A stretch of DNA of 64,000 nt from an uncultured delta proteobacterium (GCA_963789395.1 CAWBKP010000024.1:128001-192000), one strand, 5' to 3'; positions 36,614 to 49,196 are shown, numbered from the stretch's first letter. Notes: a model not told the origin generated them from the letters alone. Numbers and translations are program-made.

Positions 36614-38146
36614 TTACTCCATCGGCGTTACCGGGTGCGTTTTTAAGTACTCCAGACGGTTCAGGCCGTTGACAAAGGCCTTGGCGCTGGCTGTGATCAC
36701 ATCCGGGTCCGCGCCCCTTCCCATGGCTTCAAGGCCGTTTTCCCGCAGCCGCACCGTGACCTCGCCCTGGGCATCGGTGCCGCCGGTCAGGGCGTTGATC
36801 GAAAACCGCAGCAGTTCGGATCCGGTTCCGGTAAGAACCGCAAGCGTCTTATAGACGGCGTCAATGGGGCCGTTTCCATAATCCGCTCCCTGAACCGGTC
36901 TGCCGTTGATCATCATCCGCACACTGGCCATGGGAAGAACCGTTGTGCCGCTGGTCACATGCAGATAGTCCAGGGAAAAGACATCGTGGCTTTGCAGAAT
37001 TCCCTCGGTGACCAGCACTTCCAGATCCTCGTCCACCACATGTTTTTTCTTGTCCGCCAACTCCTTGAACTTGGTGAAAACCAGCTGCAGTTCTTCATCC
37101 GACAGATCATATCCCATGTCCTTCAAATGAGTCCGAAGGGCGTGTCGTCCCGAATGCTTTCCCAGAACCAGTTTGTTGGTATTCAGACCGATGGATTCGG
37201 GCTTCATGATTTCGTAAGTCATGGGGTTTTTTAAAACCCCGTCCTGGTGGATTCCGGCTTCATGGGCAAAGGCGTTGGCTCCGACAATGGCTTTGTTGGG
37301 CTGAACCGGAATGCCGGTAATCATGCTGACCAGGCGGCTGGTGGGATAGATGAATTCGGTGTTGATGCCAGATGTGAATGCCAGATAATTGGGCCGGGTG
37401 TGCAGCGCCATGACCACTTCTTCAAGAGAGGTGTTGCCGGCCCGCTCGCCGATGCCGTTGATGGTGACCTCCGCCTGCCTGGCCCCTGCGCTGATGGCCG
37501 CCAGGGTATTGGCGGTGGCCAGCCCCAGATCATTGTGGCAGTGAACGCTTAATATGGCCTTGTGGATGTTGGGTGTATGGGTCATGACATATTGAACCAT
37601 TTCGGCATATTCCTGCGGAATGGCGTAACCGACCGTATCCGGCAGATTGACGGTGGTGGCGCCGGCTTCGATGGCAGCTTCAAAAACCCGGCATAAAAAA
37701 TCCCGGTCGCTTCGGGATCCGTCTTCGGCTGAAAATTCGACCCGCTCGGTCAAAGACCTGGCATATTTTACGGCCTCTACCGCGGCGGCAACGACTTCAT
37801 CGCGGTTCATCCGGAGCTTATAGGTCAGGTGGATATCGGATGTGGCGATAAAGGTATGGATCCTGGGAAAGGCGGCATGTTGAATAGCGCCCCAGGCCCG
37901 GTCAATGTCGGTTTTTGAGGTACGGGCCAGGGCCGCAACTTCGGTGCGTTTCAAGTGCCCGGAGATTCGGGAAACCGCCTCGAAATCTCCGTCTGATGCT
38001 GCCGGAAATCCGGCTTCCAGTACATCCACGCCCAGTTTTTCCAGCTGGGTGGCCAGGCGCAGTTTTTCGCCGGTATTCATGCTGGCGCCCGGGGACTGCT
38101 CGCCGTCTCTTAACGTGGTGTCAAAAATTATTACGCGCTCGGTCAT
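36614..38146 (-). CDS. leuA: 2-isopropylmalate synthase
   Basis: [39 protein letters not shown]. Confidence 0.96.
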   Translation of the reverse strand: MTERVIIFDTTLRDGEQSPGASMNTGEKLRLATQLEKLGVDVLEAGFPAASDGDFEAVSRISGHLKRTEVAALARTSKTDIDRAWGAIQHAAFPRIHTFIATSDIHLTYKLRMNRDEVVAAAVEAVKYARSLTERVEFSAEDGSRSDRDFLCRVFEAAIEAGATTVNLPDTVGYAIPQEYAEMVQYVMTHTPNIHKAILSVHCHNDLGLATANTLAAISAGARQAEVTINGIGERAGNTSLEEVVMALHTRPNYLAFTSGINTEFIYPTSRLVSMITGIPVQPNKAIVGANAFAHEAGIHQDGVLKNPMTYEIMKPESIGLNTNKLVLGKHSGRHALRTHLKDMGYDLSDEELQLVFTKFKELADKKKHVVDEDLEVLVTEGILQSHDVFSLDYLHVTSGTTVLPMASVRMMINGRPVQGADYGNGPIDAVYKTLAVLTGTGSELLRFSINALTGGTDAQGEVTVRLRENGLEAMGRGADPDVITASAKAFVNGLNRLEYLKTHPVTPME

Positions 38147-38440
38147 GATATTGCTCCTTTTAAAAAGATGTCTGTTCTGTTTGATCCGTCAGTGAACGAA
38201 GCGGCTGAACCGCCGGCATGCGTTCTGGAAAAAGGCGGCGGCAACATCCATCCAAGCATGGGCCGCAGGACGTTGCTGAAAAACCGTCCCGCGGCATTTG
38301 TTGTTTCCTTTTCCGGCAACATGGCAAAAATCCTCATAAAGTGTTCAGCCAGAAGAGTGAAGGCTGAAGGAAATCCTGATTACAGCCTGCTGCTCAAGGC
38401 GATAATACCGGCTGAAGGTTTATTCTCTACAGTCTTTGTC

Positions 38441-40019
38441 CTATCTGGACAGCTTGTATTGAAAACTGTCCGCAAGGGCGTGCCAGCTGGCTTCAATGAT
38501 ATCCTCGGATACACCGATGGTGCTCCAGACGTGGTCTTCGTCCCTGGATTCGATAAAGACGCGGACCCGGGCAGCTGTTCCGGCCCGGCCGTCAATGACC
38601 CGGACCTTGAAATCCACCAGCCGCATGTGATCCACATTCGGGAAGAAATTGTCCAGGGCTTTTCGCAGGGCATTGTCCAGGGCGCTGACAGGGCCGCTTC
38701 CTTCGGCCGCCGTGATAGCCTGTTTGCCGTCAACCGATATTTTTATGGTTGCATGGGCGGTAGCAGGGCCGGTTTTTGTCTTTTTCGATGGTTACCCGGA
38801 ACGATTCCAGATCGAACAAAGGCCTGAACTGTTCGGTCAGCTTTTCGAGCAGAATCTTGAAAGATCCGTCGGCCACGTCAAACTGATAGCCTTCCTGTTC
38901 CATGCGCTTGATTTCAGAGACGACTTTCTGCCTGTCTGTTCCATTCAACTCGACCCCGAGTTCCCTTGCCTTGTATTCCACATTGCTTTTGCCGGAAAGA
39001 TCGGAAACCAGCACCTTATGCTTGTTTCCAACCAGGCCGGGATCAATGTGCTCATAGGCCATGGGCAGTTTCATGATTGCGCTCACATGAACCCCGCCTT
39101 TATGGGCAAAGGCGCTTTTGCCAACAAACGGCATGGTGTTCTGCGGAATCATGTTGGCGGTTTCGCTGACGAACCGGGACAGTTTCTTCAGCCGCGAAAG
39201 GTTCTCGGAAGATACGCAGGGCCGGTTCATCTTCAGGCATAAAATGGGAATGATGCTGGTCAGGTCCGCATTTCCGCATCGCTCCCCATATCCGTTGATG
39301 GTTCCCTGAACCATGACGGCACCGGCGTTTATCGCACAAATGCTGTTGGCTACGGCAAGGCCGGAGTCATTGTGCGTATGAATGCCGATTCTGACGGCTG
39401 ACTGCGCCGGCAGGGTGTTTTCCGCCACAATCTGCCGAACCCTGGCCACAATCGGTTCGATTGTATAGGTCAGCGTTCCGCCGTTGGTGTCACAGAGTAC
39501 GATGCAGTCTGCGCCGCCTGCCACGGCTGCCACCAAGGTGGACATGGCATACTCCGGGTTTGCCTTGTAGCCGTCAAAAAAATGCTCGGCGTCATAAATG
39601 ACCTCCCGGGAATGATCTTTCAGATATGCCACCGTATCGCGGATCATGGACAGATTTTCTTCCAGGGTATTGCCCATGATTTTTCCGACATGAAGATCCC
39701 AGCTTTTCCCAAAAATGGTGACGACCGGTGTCCGGGCTGCCAGAAGCGCCTGAACATTGGGGTCATCGCCCGGAGCAAAACCGGGTTTTCGGGTGGACCC
39801 AAAAGCCGCAAGCTTTGCATGCTTGAAATCAATCTGCTGGGCCAGTTCGAAAAACAGCATGTCCCGGGGATTGGATCCCGGCCATCCGCCTTCAATATAA
39901 TGAATGCCGAAGTCATCCAGGCGCTGGGCGATCATGATTTTTTCATCAGCCGAGAAATTGACATCTTCCCCTTGCGTTCCGTCTCTAAGGGTAGTGTCAT
40001 AAAGGAGTATCGGTTCCAT
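38441..40019 (-). CDS. cimA: Citramalate synthase, one extra base near 38758
   Basis: [36 protein letters not shown]-domain [22 protein letters not shown]. Confidence 0.92.
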
Positions 40020-40041
40020 AAGTATCCTTTTGAGGAAAAAA

Positions 40042-40123
40042 AGGCTGAAGGCTGATAGACTGAAAAGGCATTTTGAAATGATAATCCTCAGCCCTCCAGC
40101 CTTCAGCCTTTGGTCTTCAGCCT
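40042..40123. repeat. Heptamer-repeat palindromic element
   Basis: AGGCTGA units at 40042-40065 and inverted TTCAGCC units at 40088-40123. Confidence 0.65.
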
Positions 40124-41174
40124 AACTTTTTCTGTTTTCCGGTCGCAGCGAGCGAACCGCAGCGCCTGCCTGCCACATTTCAGACTGGCGAATGACTTCA
40201 AGTTCTTCTTGAAGTTTTTCGCGGTAATCCGGTGCGCTGTTTCTCTCCAGGGTTCTGCGGGTCTCTTCTCCGGACACCACGCTTTCATAAAGCTGGTCAA
40301 AAACCGGCTTTACCGCATCTCTGAACCGCGGCGACCAGTCCAGCGCCCCTCTTTGCGCGGTGGTGCTGCAATTGGCGAACATCCAGTCCATGCCGTTTTG
40401 AGCTACCAGGCGGATCAGACTCTGGGTGAGTTCCTCAACGGTTTCATTAAAGGCCTCGCTGGGGCTGTGGCCGTGTTTTCGAAGCAGGGCATACTGGGCC
40501 TCCATGACCCCTGCCAGACAGCCCATGAGAACGCCGCGTTCTCCGGTCAGGTCGCTATGGACTTCTTTTTCAAAGGTGGTGGGAAACAGATAGCCGGAGC
40601 CGATGGCGATGCCAAGTGCAATGGCGCGCTCCCGGGCTTTTCCCGTATAGTCCTGATGTACGGCAAAGCTCGAATTGATGCCGCTTCCCGCCAGGAAATT
40701 GGTTCGGACCGTCGTGCCGGAACCCTTCGGCGCCGCAAGGATCACATCCACAAAATCCGGCGGGATAATGCCGGTCTGGTCGCTGAAGACAATGCCGAAA
40801 CCGTGAGAAAAATACAGGGCATCTCCGGGTTTCAGACAGGGTTTGATTTTCGGCCATGCCGCCATCTGTCCGGCGTCAGAAAGCAGATACTGGACAATTG
40901 TCGCTTTTTTGGCTGCTTCTTCCAGAGAAAAGAGAGTCTTTCCGGGCACAAATCCGTCCGCTACGGCCCTGTCCCAGGAATTGCCGCCTTCCCGCTGCCC
41001 GACAATGACCTGCAGGCCGTTATCTTTCATGTTCAGGGCCTGGCCTGGCCCCTGAACGCCATATCCCAGAATGGCAATGGTTTCATCTTTAAGGACTGCT
41101 TTTGCCTGTTCCAGAGTAAATTCCGAAGCGGTTATCACTTCCTCAATGACGCCGCCAAAATTGATTTGAGCCAT
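40122..41174 (-). CDS. ilvC: Ketol-acid reductoisomerase
   Basis: GYGVQG, FSHGF, APKGSG, SDLTGERGVLMG, CSTTAQRG. Confidence 0.96.
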   Translation of the reverse strand: MAQINFGGVIEEVITASEFTLEQAKAVLKDETIAILGYGVQGPGQALNMKDNGLQVIVGQREGGNSWDRAVADGFVPGKTLFSLEEAAKKATIVQYLLSDAGQMAAWPKIKPCLKPGDALYFSHGFGIVFSDQTGIIPPDFVDVILAAPKGSGTTVRTNFLAGSGINSSFAVHQDYTGKARERAIALGIAIGSGYLFPTTFEKEVHSDLTGERGVLMGCLAGVMEAQYALLRKHGHSPSEAFNETVEELTQSLIRLVAQNGMDWMFANCSTTAQRGALDWSPRFRDAVKPVFDQLYESVVSGEETRRTLERNSAPDYREKLQEELEVIRQSEMWQAGAAVRSLRPENRKS

Positions 41175-41237
41175 TTGATTTACATCTCCTTGGTTTTATA
41201 AAATAGTTAAAAAGGTTAAAGGCTTCGGCCTTAAATC

Positions 41238-41726
41238 TTATTTCGGTTCCCGAAACAGGGCAACAATGCCGGTTCGGGCGATTTTTTTGATACCGATGGG
41301 CTTCAGCAGGTTGATAATGGCGGCCAGTTTGCCTTCATCGCCGGTGACCTCGAGGATATAATGCTCGATACCCGTGTCCACGACCTTGCATCGAAAAATA
41401 TCCACGATCCTTAAAACTTCAGCCCGGTGTTCGGGTTTGGCTTTGACGCAGATCAGCGCCATTTCCCGCTGTACTGCCTTGGATTTGTCCATATCCCGAA
41501 CCTTGATGACATTGATCAGTTTTCTGAGCTGTTTTTGAATCTGCTCCATCACCAGGGGGTCGGCGCGGGTCACCAGGGTAATCCGGGATATTTCCGGGTT
41601 GATGGTTTCCGCCACGCACAGGCTTTCGATGTTGAAGCCTCTGCCGCCAAAAAGCCCGACAACCCGGGCCAGAACGCCGGGCTGGTTATCCACCAGCATG
41701 GTAATGACATGTTTTGCTTCTGTCAC
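41238..41726 (-). CDS. ilvN: Acetolactate synthase small subunit
   Basis: VDNQPGVLARV..RGFNIESL ACT domain. Confidence 0.95.
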   Translation of the reverse strand: MTEAKHVITMLVDNQPGVLARVVGLFGGRGFNIESLCVAETINPEISRITLVTRADPLVMEQIQKQLRKLINVIKVRDMDKSKAVQREMALICVKAKPEHRAEVLRIVDIFRCKVVDTGIEHYILEVTGDEGKLAAIINLLKPIGIKKIARTGIVALFREPK

Positions 41727-41780
41727 GATGCAACTCCTCCATTCGGGAAAAATTCGACGATTTAATGTTGAGGTCAGATA

Positions 41781-43482
41781 TCATACCAGCAGCATTTCAG
41801 TGAGAGGCGCTCCGGCCGGAACCATGGGATACACGCATTCTTCCCGATCCACCCAGAAATCCATAATGGCGGCCTGAGGCGATGCCAGGCCCTGCATCAG
41901 AACGGATTCAACCTGGTCCGGGGTGGTAGCCCTCAGGCCCAGGGCACCGAATGCCTCTGCCAGTTTCACAAAATCCGGAGCATACGCCATATCGGTGCAC
42001 GCATAGCGCTTGTCGTAGAATAATTCCTGCCATTGCCGTACCATCCCCAGGTATCGGTTGTTTAGAATCACCACTTTCACCGGCAGGCCGTACTGAATTG
42101 CGGTCGCCATTTCCTGAATATTCATCTGGATGCTGCCGTCTCCGGCGATATCCACCACAAGCTTATCCGGCTTTGCCATCTGTGCGCCCGATGGCGGCCG
42201 GAAGGCCAAATCCCATGACGCCCAGACCGCCCGAGGTGATGAAATGATCCGGGTGGTCAAAATGATAATACTGGGCCGCCCACATCTGATTCTGACCGAC
42301 TTCGGTGGTGATGATGGCCTGGCCCTGCGTCAGACGGTACAGTGTTTCAACCACGTACTGGGGCTTGATCACGGTGCTCTGGTCATAATCCATGGCGCCT
42401 GCCTGTTTCCATTGATCGATTTGATCCAGCCATTCGCGCCGTTGTTCCGGCAGATCGCCAAAATCGATGGCTTCGATCAATCGGTTCAACTCCGACAGGG
42501 TGATCCGGCAATCTCCGACCAGCGGAAGCGTTACCTGGACATTCTTCCGGATCGATGTCGGATCAATGTCGATATGGACGATTTTTGCCTGTGACGCAAA
42601 GGCATCGGTCCTGCCGGTAACCCGGTCATCAAAGCGGACGCCGACGGCAATCATCAGGTCGCAGGCGCCGGTGGCCATGTTGGCCCGGTAGGTGCCGTGC
42701 ATGCCGATCATTCCCATGCAGAGGGGATCTGTTCCCGGAAACGCACCCATGCCCATGAGGGAGGTGGTCACCGGCATCCGGGTTTTACGGGCAAAGGCCG
42801 TAAGCTCGGATGACCCTTTTGACAGGATGACGCCGCCGCCCGCGAATATCATCGGACGCCGGGCTTCCTGAATCAGGCGGATCACTTTTTCCAGTTGCCA
42901 CATGTTGGGCTGATAGGTCGGATTGTAGGATTTCATCTGAACGGGTTCTACCGGCGTGTAATCAAACCGGTTTTTGGCCACGTCCTTGGGAATATCCACC
43001 AGTACCGGGCCGGGTCTGCCGGACCGGGCGATATAAAAGGCTTCCTTTAATATTTTCCCCAGATCCTCGATCCGTTTCACCAGATAATTGTGTTTGGTGC
43101 AGGGGCGGGTGATGCCGACAATATCCACTTCCTGAAACGCGTCATTGCCGATCAGATGGGTGGGGACCTGTCCGGTAATGATCACCAGGGGAATGGAATC
43201 CATATAGGCGGAGGCAATGCCGGTGACGGTATTGGTGGCTCCGGGACCGGAAGTCACCAGGCAGACGCCCACTTTTCCGCTTGCCCTTGCATATCCGTCT
43301 GCGGCATGCACTGCGCCTTGTTCGTGCCGGACCAGGATATGCTGAATGGGCGTTTTTGCCAGTTCGTCATAGATATCGATGACGGCGCCTCCGGGAAAAC
43401 CGAATATGGTATCAACGCCTTCTTCCTGCAGGACCGTCATCAGGATCTGTGCGCCGGACATGGTGTTTTCGATGGGTTTCAT
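41781..43482 (-). CDS. ilvB: Acetolactate synthase large subunit, one extra G near 42187
   Basis: RHEQGA, TSGPGATN, GQNQMW, GDGSIQMN..NN. Confidence 0.95.
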
Positions 43483-43492
43483 AAATTGACTC

Positions 43493-45166
43493 CTATTCTA
43501 CAACCGCGCCAGCGCTTGCGGACGACACATTTCGTGCATACCTTGCCAGATATCCGGTAGTGATTTTGGGCTCGGGCGGTTTCCATGACGACATTCTATC
43601 CTGAATAACGGCATCTTTTACGTTCAGGGTGATGGTTTTCGCAGGAATGTCTATGGAAATGATATCGGCTTCGTGAACAACTGAAATGGGGCCTCCCGAG
43701 GCAGCTTCCGGTGAAATATGGCCGATGGCCGCCCCGCGGGTGCCGCCTGAAAATCGGCCGTCCGTGATTAATGCGACGTGCGCATCCAGTCCCATGCCGG
43801 CAATGGCCGATGTCGGAGACAGCATTTCCTGCATGCCGGGCCCGCCTTTGGGGCCTTCGTAACGGATGACGACAACATCGCCTTTCTGGATTTGACCCGA
43901 TAAAATGGCCTGACAGGCGCTGGTTTCAGAGTCGAACACCCGGGCCGGTCCCTGGTGTCTGAGCATTTCATCTCGAACCGCCGACTGCTTGACCACACAG
44001 CCATCCGGCGCCAGATTACCAAATAGAACCGCCAGGCCGCCTTGTTTGTGATAAGGGCGATCCATGGTGCGGATGACATCGGGGTTGAGAATTTCAGCCG
44101 AGCCGCAGACTTGCTCGACGGTCTTGCCGGTTACGGTCAGGCACTGGCCATGTAGCAGGCCGGCGCAAAAAAGTTCATGCATCACCGCAGGGATGCCGCC
44201 GGCCCGGTACAAATCCTCTACATGGTGCGTTCCGCCGGGACTTAATGAACATAAGTGGGGTGTTGCCTGGCTGATGCGGTTGATCAGATTCAGGTCAAAA
44301 TCAATGCCGGCTTCCCGTGCAATGGCTGCCAGATGCAGCACGGTATTGGTAGAACAGCCAAGCGCCATATCCACTGTGAGCGCATTGTGGAAAGCTTCCG
44401 CTGTCAGGATTTTATCCGGGGTGATGCCTTTTTCCAGAAGTTCCACGATCTTCATGCCGGTTTCCTTGGCCAGACGGATTCGGGCGGACATGACAGCGGG
44501 GATGGTGCCGTTTCCCGGAAGTCCCAAGCCGATGGCTTCTGTCAGGCAGTTCATGGAGTTTGCCGTAAACATGCCGGCGCAGGAACCGCAGGTGGGGCAG
44601 GCGGCATCTTCGATCCGGGACAGTTCAATTTCAGTCATTTTCCCGGATTTTACGGCCCCGACCGATTCGAATACCGAAATGAGATCGATTTTAGTTGGTA
44701 CGGCTTGGCTTTTCGGATGAATGCCTGCAAGCATCGGACCGCCGCAGATAAAAATGGCCGGAATGTTCAGCCGGGCTGCAGCCATCAGCATCCCCGGAAC
44801 GATCTTGTCGCAACTGCTGATCATCACCAGGGCGTCAAAAGCATGGGCGGTCGCCATGATTTCAACGGAATCAGCGATCAACTCACGGCTGGCCAGAGAA
44901 TATTTCATGCCGACATGGTTCATGGCAATGCCGTCGCAGACGCCAATGACGCCGAATTCGACGGGGGTGCCGCCTGCCATGTAGACGCCGGCCTTGACCG
45001 CTTCCATGATGGTGTTCAGCTGAATGTGGCCGGGGATGATGTCGTTGGCGGCATTGGCGATGCCGATAAGCGGCCTGTGAATCTCGGTGTCCGTATATCC
45101 CATGGCTTTGAAGAGGGACCGTTGGGGAGATCTTTCAATGCCATTTTTGACGATATTGCTTTTCAT
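43493..45166 (-). CDS. ilvD: Dihydroxy-acid dehydratase
   Basis: [32 protein letters not shown]. Confidence 0.96.
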   Translation of the reverse strand: MKSNIVKNGIERSPQRSLFKAMGYTDTEIHRPLIGIANAANDIIPGHIQLNTIMEAVKAGVYMAGGTPVEFGVIGVCDGIAMNHVGMKYSLASRELIADSVEIMATAHAFDALVMISSCDKIVPGMLMAAARLNIPAIFICGGPMLAGIHPKSQAVPTKIDLISVFESVGAVKSGKMTEIELSRIEDAACPTCGSCAGMFTANSMNCLTEAIGLGLPGNGTIPAVMSARIRLAKETGMKIVELLEKGITPDKILTAEAFHNALTVDMALGCSTNTVLHLAAIAREAGIDFDLNLINRISQATPHLCSLSPGGTHHVEDLYRAGGIPAVMHELFCAGLLHGQCLTVTGKTVEQVCGSAEILNPDVIRTMDRPYHKQGGLAVLFGNLAPDGCVVKQSAVRDEMLRHQGPARVFDSETSACQAILSGQIQKGDVVVIRYEGPKGGPGMQEMLSPTSAIAGMGLDAHVALITDGRFSGGTRGAAIGHISPEAASGGPISVVHEADIISIDIPAKTITLNVKDAVIQDRMSSWKPPEPKITTGYLARYARNVSSASAGAVVE

Positions 45167-45195
45167 GGGCTTCCTGTGCATATTGGGTTTTGGGC

Positions 45196-45240
45196 AAAAA
45201 AAAATCCGTTATCAGCTTCTGGGGCTGATAACGGATTTTT
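45196..45240 (-). terminator. Attenuator terminator of the ilv operon
   Basis: AAAAATCCGTTATCAGC-loop-GCTGATAACGGATTTTTTTTT on minus strand. Confidence 0.9.
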
Positions 45241-45260
45241 AAATTAATATTAAGTAAAAA

Positions 45261-45356
45261 TCAGGCCATTATCAACCCGGCGCCTCGCAGGGGAAGGAGA
45301 ATCCCTACGAGGACGAGAATAATGCTAATAAGGATGATGATGGCGACAGATATCAT
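45261..45356 (-). CDS. Ile/Leu/Val-rich leader peptide (ilvL-like), 31 aa
   Basis: MISVAIIILISIILVLVGILLPLRGAGLIMA*, directly upstream of the terminator and ilvD. Confidence 0.88.
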   Translation of the reverse strand: MISVAIIILISIILVLVGILLPLRGAGLIMA

Positions 45357-45490
45357 GATAAATTGAATTGTTATTTATTTGATTGTTGAATACCAGTTGT
45401 AATATTCTCTTGTCAAGCAATTATTTTCAGCGTAAACGGTCTTGGGATGGAAAAAATGCCTTTTCCAGGTGTGAAACTAAACAAATACTT

Positions 45491-45573
45491 TCATTCCGGG
45501 CTTGAACCGGGCTCCAGAGCGACTATCCAAAGGCTTTGTCCCGGTTTTCTGTTTCCGGCGTGCGCCGGAATGA
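45491..45573. repeat. REP/RPE-like palindromic element
   Basis: Terminal TCATTCCGG...CCGGAATGA with internal hairpins CCGGGCTTGAACCGG and TTCCGGCGTGCGCCGGAA. Confidence 0.65.
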
Positions 45574-45745
45574 CGGATGGCCCAAAACGTGAATATTTGC
45601 TGTCATCAAAGCGGAATGCTTTTGCATTGGGATTGTGACGTAACTTGATGTCGGATTTTTGAATTTGTTTCGAATTTCGGATGTTGATATTCGAACTTTG
45701 CCTGAATGCACTTTCCGTTCGGGCACTAACCACAAGGAGTTGGTG

Positions 45746-46600
45746 ATGAATCAGCGAGCGGGAGCCAGAAAGCGGCGTTGTCTTTACTGTCTCGAATGGA
45801 TTCTGGTTATTATCCTGGTTAGCGGAAGCGCCCATTCCGCAACACTTTATGAGCAGTCCCGGCAGAAACTGGAAACCAGGCTGGCCGGGGTTCAAAAAGA
45901 GCATTATACGTTTGTGGTCATGGGAGACAGCCGCGACAACGATGAAATCTTTAAAAAATGCCTGCTGACCGCAGCCGGTTACCATCCGCTTTTTATACTG
46001 CATGTTGGCGATGCCGTGCACACCGGAAGTGAAGAAGAGTTTCTTCACTTTCTGGCGAGTCTTCAGCAGACCGTTCCGGAAATGCCTGTATTTGTCGCTG
46101 CCGGCAATCACGAGCTGACCAATGGGGATAGGCGCGAGAAGGGAAAAGTATTGTTTCAGCAACTGATCGGCCCATTGGATTTCGTCCTGGATATTCCCCG
46201 AATCCATGCCAAGTTCATTGTCATGGATAATTCCGGCAATTCTTTAACGTCGAAGCAGATTGATAACCTGAAAACCGAGTTGCAGGTGGGGAAATCCCTG
46301 AAATTTGTTTTCATGCACATTCCGCCGCAAACCCATAAATGGATTGACAGTCACACCTTTACCAAGGGTGCTGACGCGTTTTTGCAGACGATTTCCAGCG
46401 CTAATGTGGCCGGAGTATTCTACGGGCATTACCATCTTTATGATGAAGAAACGATTTCCGGAACACCCCACATCATTACCGGTGGGGCAGGGGCGCCGCT
46501 TGTTCGGCTGTATTTCGGGGATCCTTCCCATCATTTTGTCGTTGTCACGATTTCAGGACAAGGGAAGGTCTCAACGGAAAAAGTGCAGGTCTCGCAATGA
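45746..46600 (+). CDS. Exported metallophosphoesterase (calcineurin-like)
   Basis: GDSR, GDAV, GNHE, FMHIP, GHYH; N-terminal hydrophobic segment. Confidence 0.88.
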   Translation: MNQRAGARKRRCLYCLEWILVIILVSGSAHSATLYEQSRQKLETRLAGVQKEHYTFVVMGDSRDNDEIFKKCLLTAAGYHPLFILHVGDAVHTGSEEEFLHFLASLQQTVPEMPVFVAAGNHELTNGDRREKGKVLFQQLIGPLDFVLDIPRIHAKFIVMDNSGNSLTSKQIDNLKTELQVGKSLKFVFMHIPPQTHKWIDSHTFTKGADAFLQTISSANVAGVFYGHYHLYDEETISGTPHIITGGAGAPLVRLYFGDPSHHFVVVTISGQGKVSTEKVQVSQ

Positions 46601-46877
46601 TCGTGATGACAGCGGCGGTATTTAAGATTCATATAGAAAATGATATCATATTGAGATATAGTGCCTTAATATAAAATCCGGATATCGAAATCCGAAACAA
46701 ATTCAACATTCCAATGTCAAAAAAAACCGTCTGAACTCACTTCATTTGGGTCATTATGATTTTGATCATTGTTTCGAACTTCGTGCTTTGAATTTCGAAT
46801 TTATTCTTGTTAACCGTTTTTCCGTTCAGTCACTTCATTTAAAATGTCGGTCATATGACTGCTTACTATAAAGGTAA

Positions 46878-47783
46878 ATGAAAATGAAACCATCTGTAAT
46901 TGAGACCCATTTTGACGGACTATCGCTGCGGCAACGGGGAAAGGTCAGGGATATATATGACCTTGGGGACAGTCTGCTGATGATTGCCACGGACAGGATA
47001 TCGGCATTTGATGTTGTCATGCCGGATCCGGTTCCGGACAAGGGAAAGGTGTTAACCCAGATATCCCTGTTCTGGTTTGAGGTGATGAAGGACCTGGTTC
47101 CCAACCATGTCATTACCAGCAATGTGGATGTCTATCCGGATGCCTGTAAACCCTATGCAGATGTGCTCCGGGGAAGGAGCATGCTGGTAAAAAAAGCAGC
47201 GCCGCTGCCAATTGAATGTGTGGTCAGGGGGTATTTGTCCGGGTCTGGCTGGAAATCCTACCAGCAGAGCCGAACCCTTTGCGGGATTCAGCTTCCGGAA
47301 GGGCTGAAGGAATCCGACAGGCTTCCTGAACCCCTGTTTACCCCGTCCACCAAGGCTGAAATCGGGCAGCATGATGAGAACATTGATTTTGATCAGGCCG
47401 CAAAGTTGATCGGCAATTCCCTGGCCGAGCGGGTGAAGTCGTTAAGCCTGTCTATTTACCGGAAAGGGGTTGAACTTGCCGACAGCAAGGGCATTATCAT
47501 TGCCGATACCAAGTTTGAATTCGGTCTGTTGGGAAATCAACTGGTACTGATTGACGAGGTGCTTACCCCGGACTCTTCCCGGTTCTGGCCCAAGGCTTCC
47601 TATAAACCAGGGGGAGCTCAGGAAAGTTTTGATAAACAGTTTGTTCGGGATTATCTTCTGTCCATTCAGTGGAATCAGAAACCGCCGGCGCCAAAGCTTC
47701 CGGATCATGTGATTGAAGGCACCCGAAAAAAATATCTGGAAGCACTTCACCTTCTTGCAGGCCCCGGCTATGCCGTTACCTGA
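46878..47783 (+). CDS. purC: SAICAR synthetase
   Basis: [35 protein letters not shown]. Confidence 0.97.
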   Translation: MKMKPSVIETHFDGLSLRQRGKVRDIYDLGDSLLMIATDRISAFDVVMPDPVPDKGKVLTQISLFWFEVMKDLVPNHVITSNVDVYPDACKPYADVLRGRSMLVKKAAPLPIECVVRGYLSGSGWKSYQQSRTLCGIQLPEGLKESDRLPEPLFTPSTKAEIGQHDENIDFDQAAKLIGNSLAERVKSLSLSIYRKGVELADSKGIIIADTKFEFGLLGNQLVLIDEVLTPDSSRFWPKASYKPGGAQESFDKQFVRDYLLSIQWNQKPPAPKLPDHVIEGTRKKYLEALHLLAGPGYAVT

Positions 47784-48744
47784 GCAGAGCGTATTGCTGG
47801 AGCGGATACGTCTGGAAGATAAAACCTTCCAGGTGACCACCGAAGCCCCCATTAAACCCCTTGCCGCCTCTATTTCCCGGCTGGGGGTGATGCATCCTCC
47901 GGTCCTTCTGGCTGTCGATTCTGTTTATCTGATTGTCTGCGGGTTCAGAAGAATTGCAGCCTGTTTATCTCTGGGCCTTTCCGAGATTTCCGCCAGGCTG
48001 CTTTCCCCGGATACGGATAAACCGACCTGTGTCCAATTGGCTATCGCCGATAATTCGACGCAGCGTCCGCTGAATCTCATTGAAACATCCCGTGCGATGG
48101 TATTGCTCTCCGGAGTTTATCCGGACCCCGGTGATCTTCGCAAGGCAGCAGGGGGGCTGGGGCTTCCGGACAACGATGCTGCCATTCAAAAAATTTTGCA
48201 ATTAACCAGTCTTTCACCTGAAATTCAGGAAGGCGTGATCTCGAATGCCCTTTCCATGGCCATGGCCCTTGAACTGGGACAAATGGACAAATCTTGTGGA
48301 ATAGAGTTGTCAACGCTTTTTGGATACCTGAAGCTGGGCTTGAACAAGCAGCGGGAAATTCTGACGATGATTCAGGAAATTGCTTTACGGGAAAATATTG
48401 CTGTCAAAGATGTTCTAAAAACCCCTGATATTCAGCTGATTCTCGTTCATGAAAAATGGGACAGGTCCCAGAAAACCGTTCACCTCAGACAGTACTTGAG
48501 GCGCCGCCGGTATCCTTCGATCACTTCGGTTGAAAGTGAATTTGATGCCAAAGCGCGATTATTGGAACTGGATTCCGCCATTGCGTTGATTCCTCCCCGG
48601 GATTTTGAAGGAACCACATTCAGTTTTCACCTCAATTTCAAAACTATTGCCGAATTGCAGCGCCTCCTTTCCCGCCTTGCGGAAGTTTGTGTCAGCCCCA
48701 CCCTGAATGAAATCCTGAACGGATCCAGAATTTCGTCTCCTTAG
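47770..48744 (+). CDS. ParB/Srx N-terminal domain protein
   Basis: [32 protein letters not shown]; overlaps the purC stop. Confidence 0.7.
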   Translation: MPLPEQSVLLERIRLEDKTFQVTTEAPIKPLAASISRLGVMHPPVLLAVDSVYLIVCGFRRIAACLSLGLSEISARLLSPDTDKPTCVQLAIADNSTQRPLNLIETSRAMVLLSGVYPDPGDLRKAAGGLGLPDNDAAIQKILQLTSLSPEIQEGVISNALSMAMALELGQMDKSCGIELSTLFGYLKLGLNKQREILTMIQEIALRENIAVKDVLKTPDIQLILVHEKWDRSQKTVHLRQYLRRRRYPSITSVESEFDAKARLLELDSAIALIPPRDFEGTTFSFHLNFKTIAELQRLLSRLAEVCVSPTLNEILNGSRISSP

Positions 48745-49196
48745 CATTTATTTTTTTTACTCCAATATCAGAATCTGCATTCCTTGTCTGAGGCATTTAA
48801 ATGCCCTCCCAGCTTTGGTGCATCCTTTTTTATTTGACTATCCGCAACATTTTATAAGTCTCTTTTAGGATTTTAAAAAAAAATAAAAAATGAACAAATA
48901 TTTCTTGACAAACAAAATGCATAGAATATATAGATGATTAACAAATAAATTGTATTCATTTTATTCAAGTGGAAAAGTCGATTACAAATTAAGAGTTCAA
49001 TCCAACTAGAAGATGTAATCCTTGGGTTACAGAAAGGAGGGTATGCGATTGGCCGGGGATCTGGAGGAAACCCGTGAAAAGTTATAGTGCATGGGACAAT
49101 CTCCTGCTTCGGGCCTTAAGAGGGTGACGCTGAAAATCTCTGGGATGCAGTTAAAAATGTACAGGTAACTAAACCTTTTGTGAAAGGAGATGAGAT

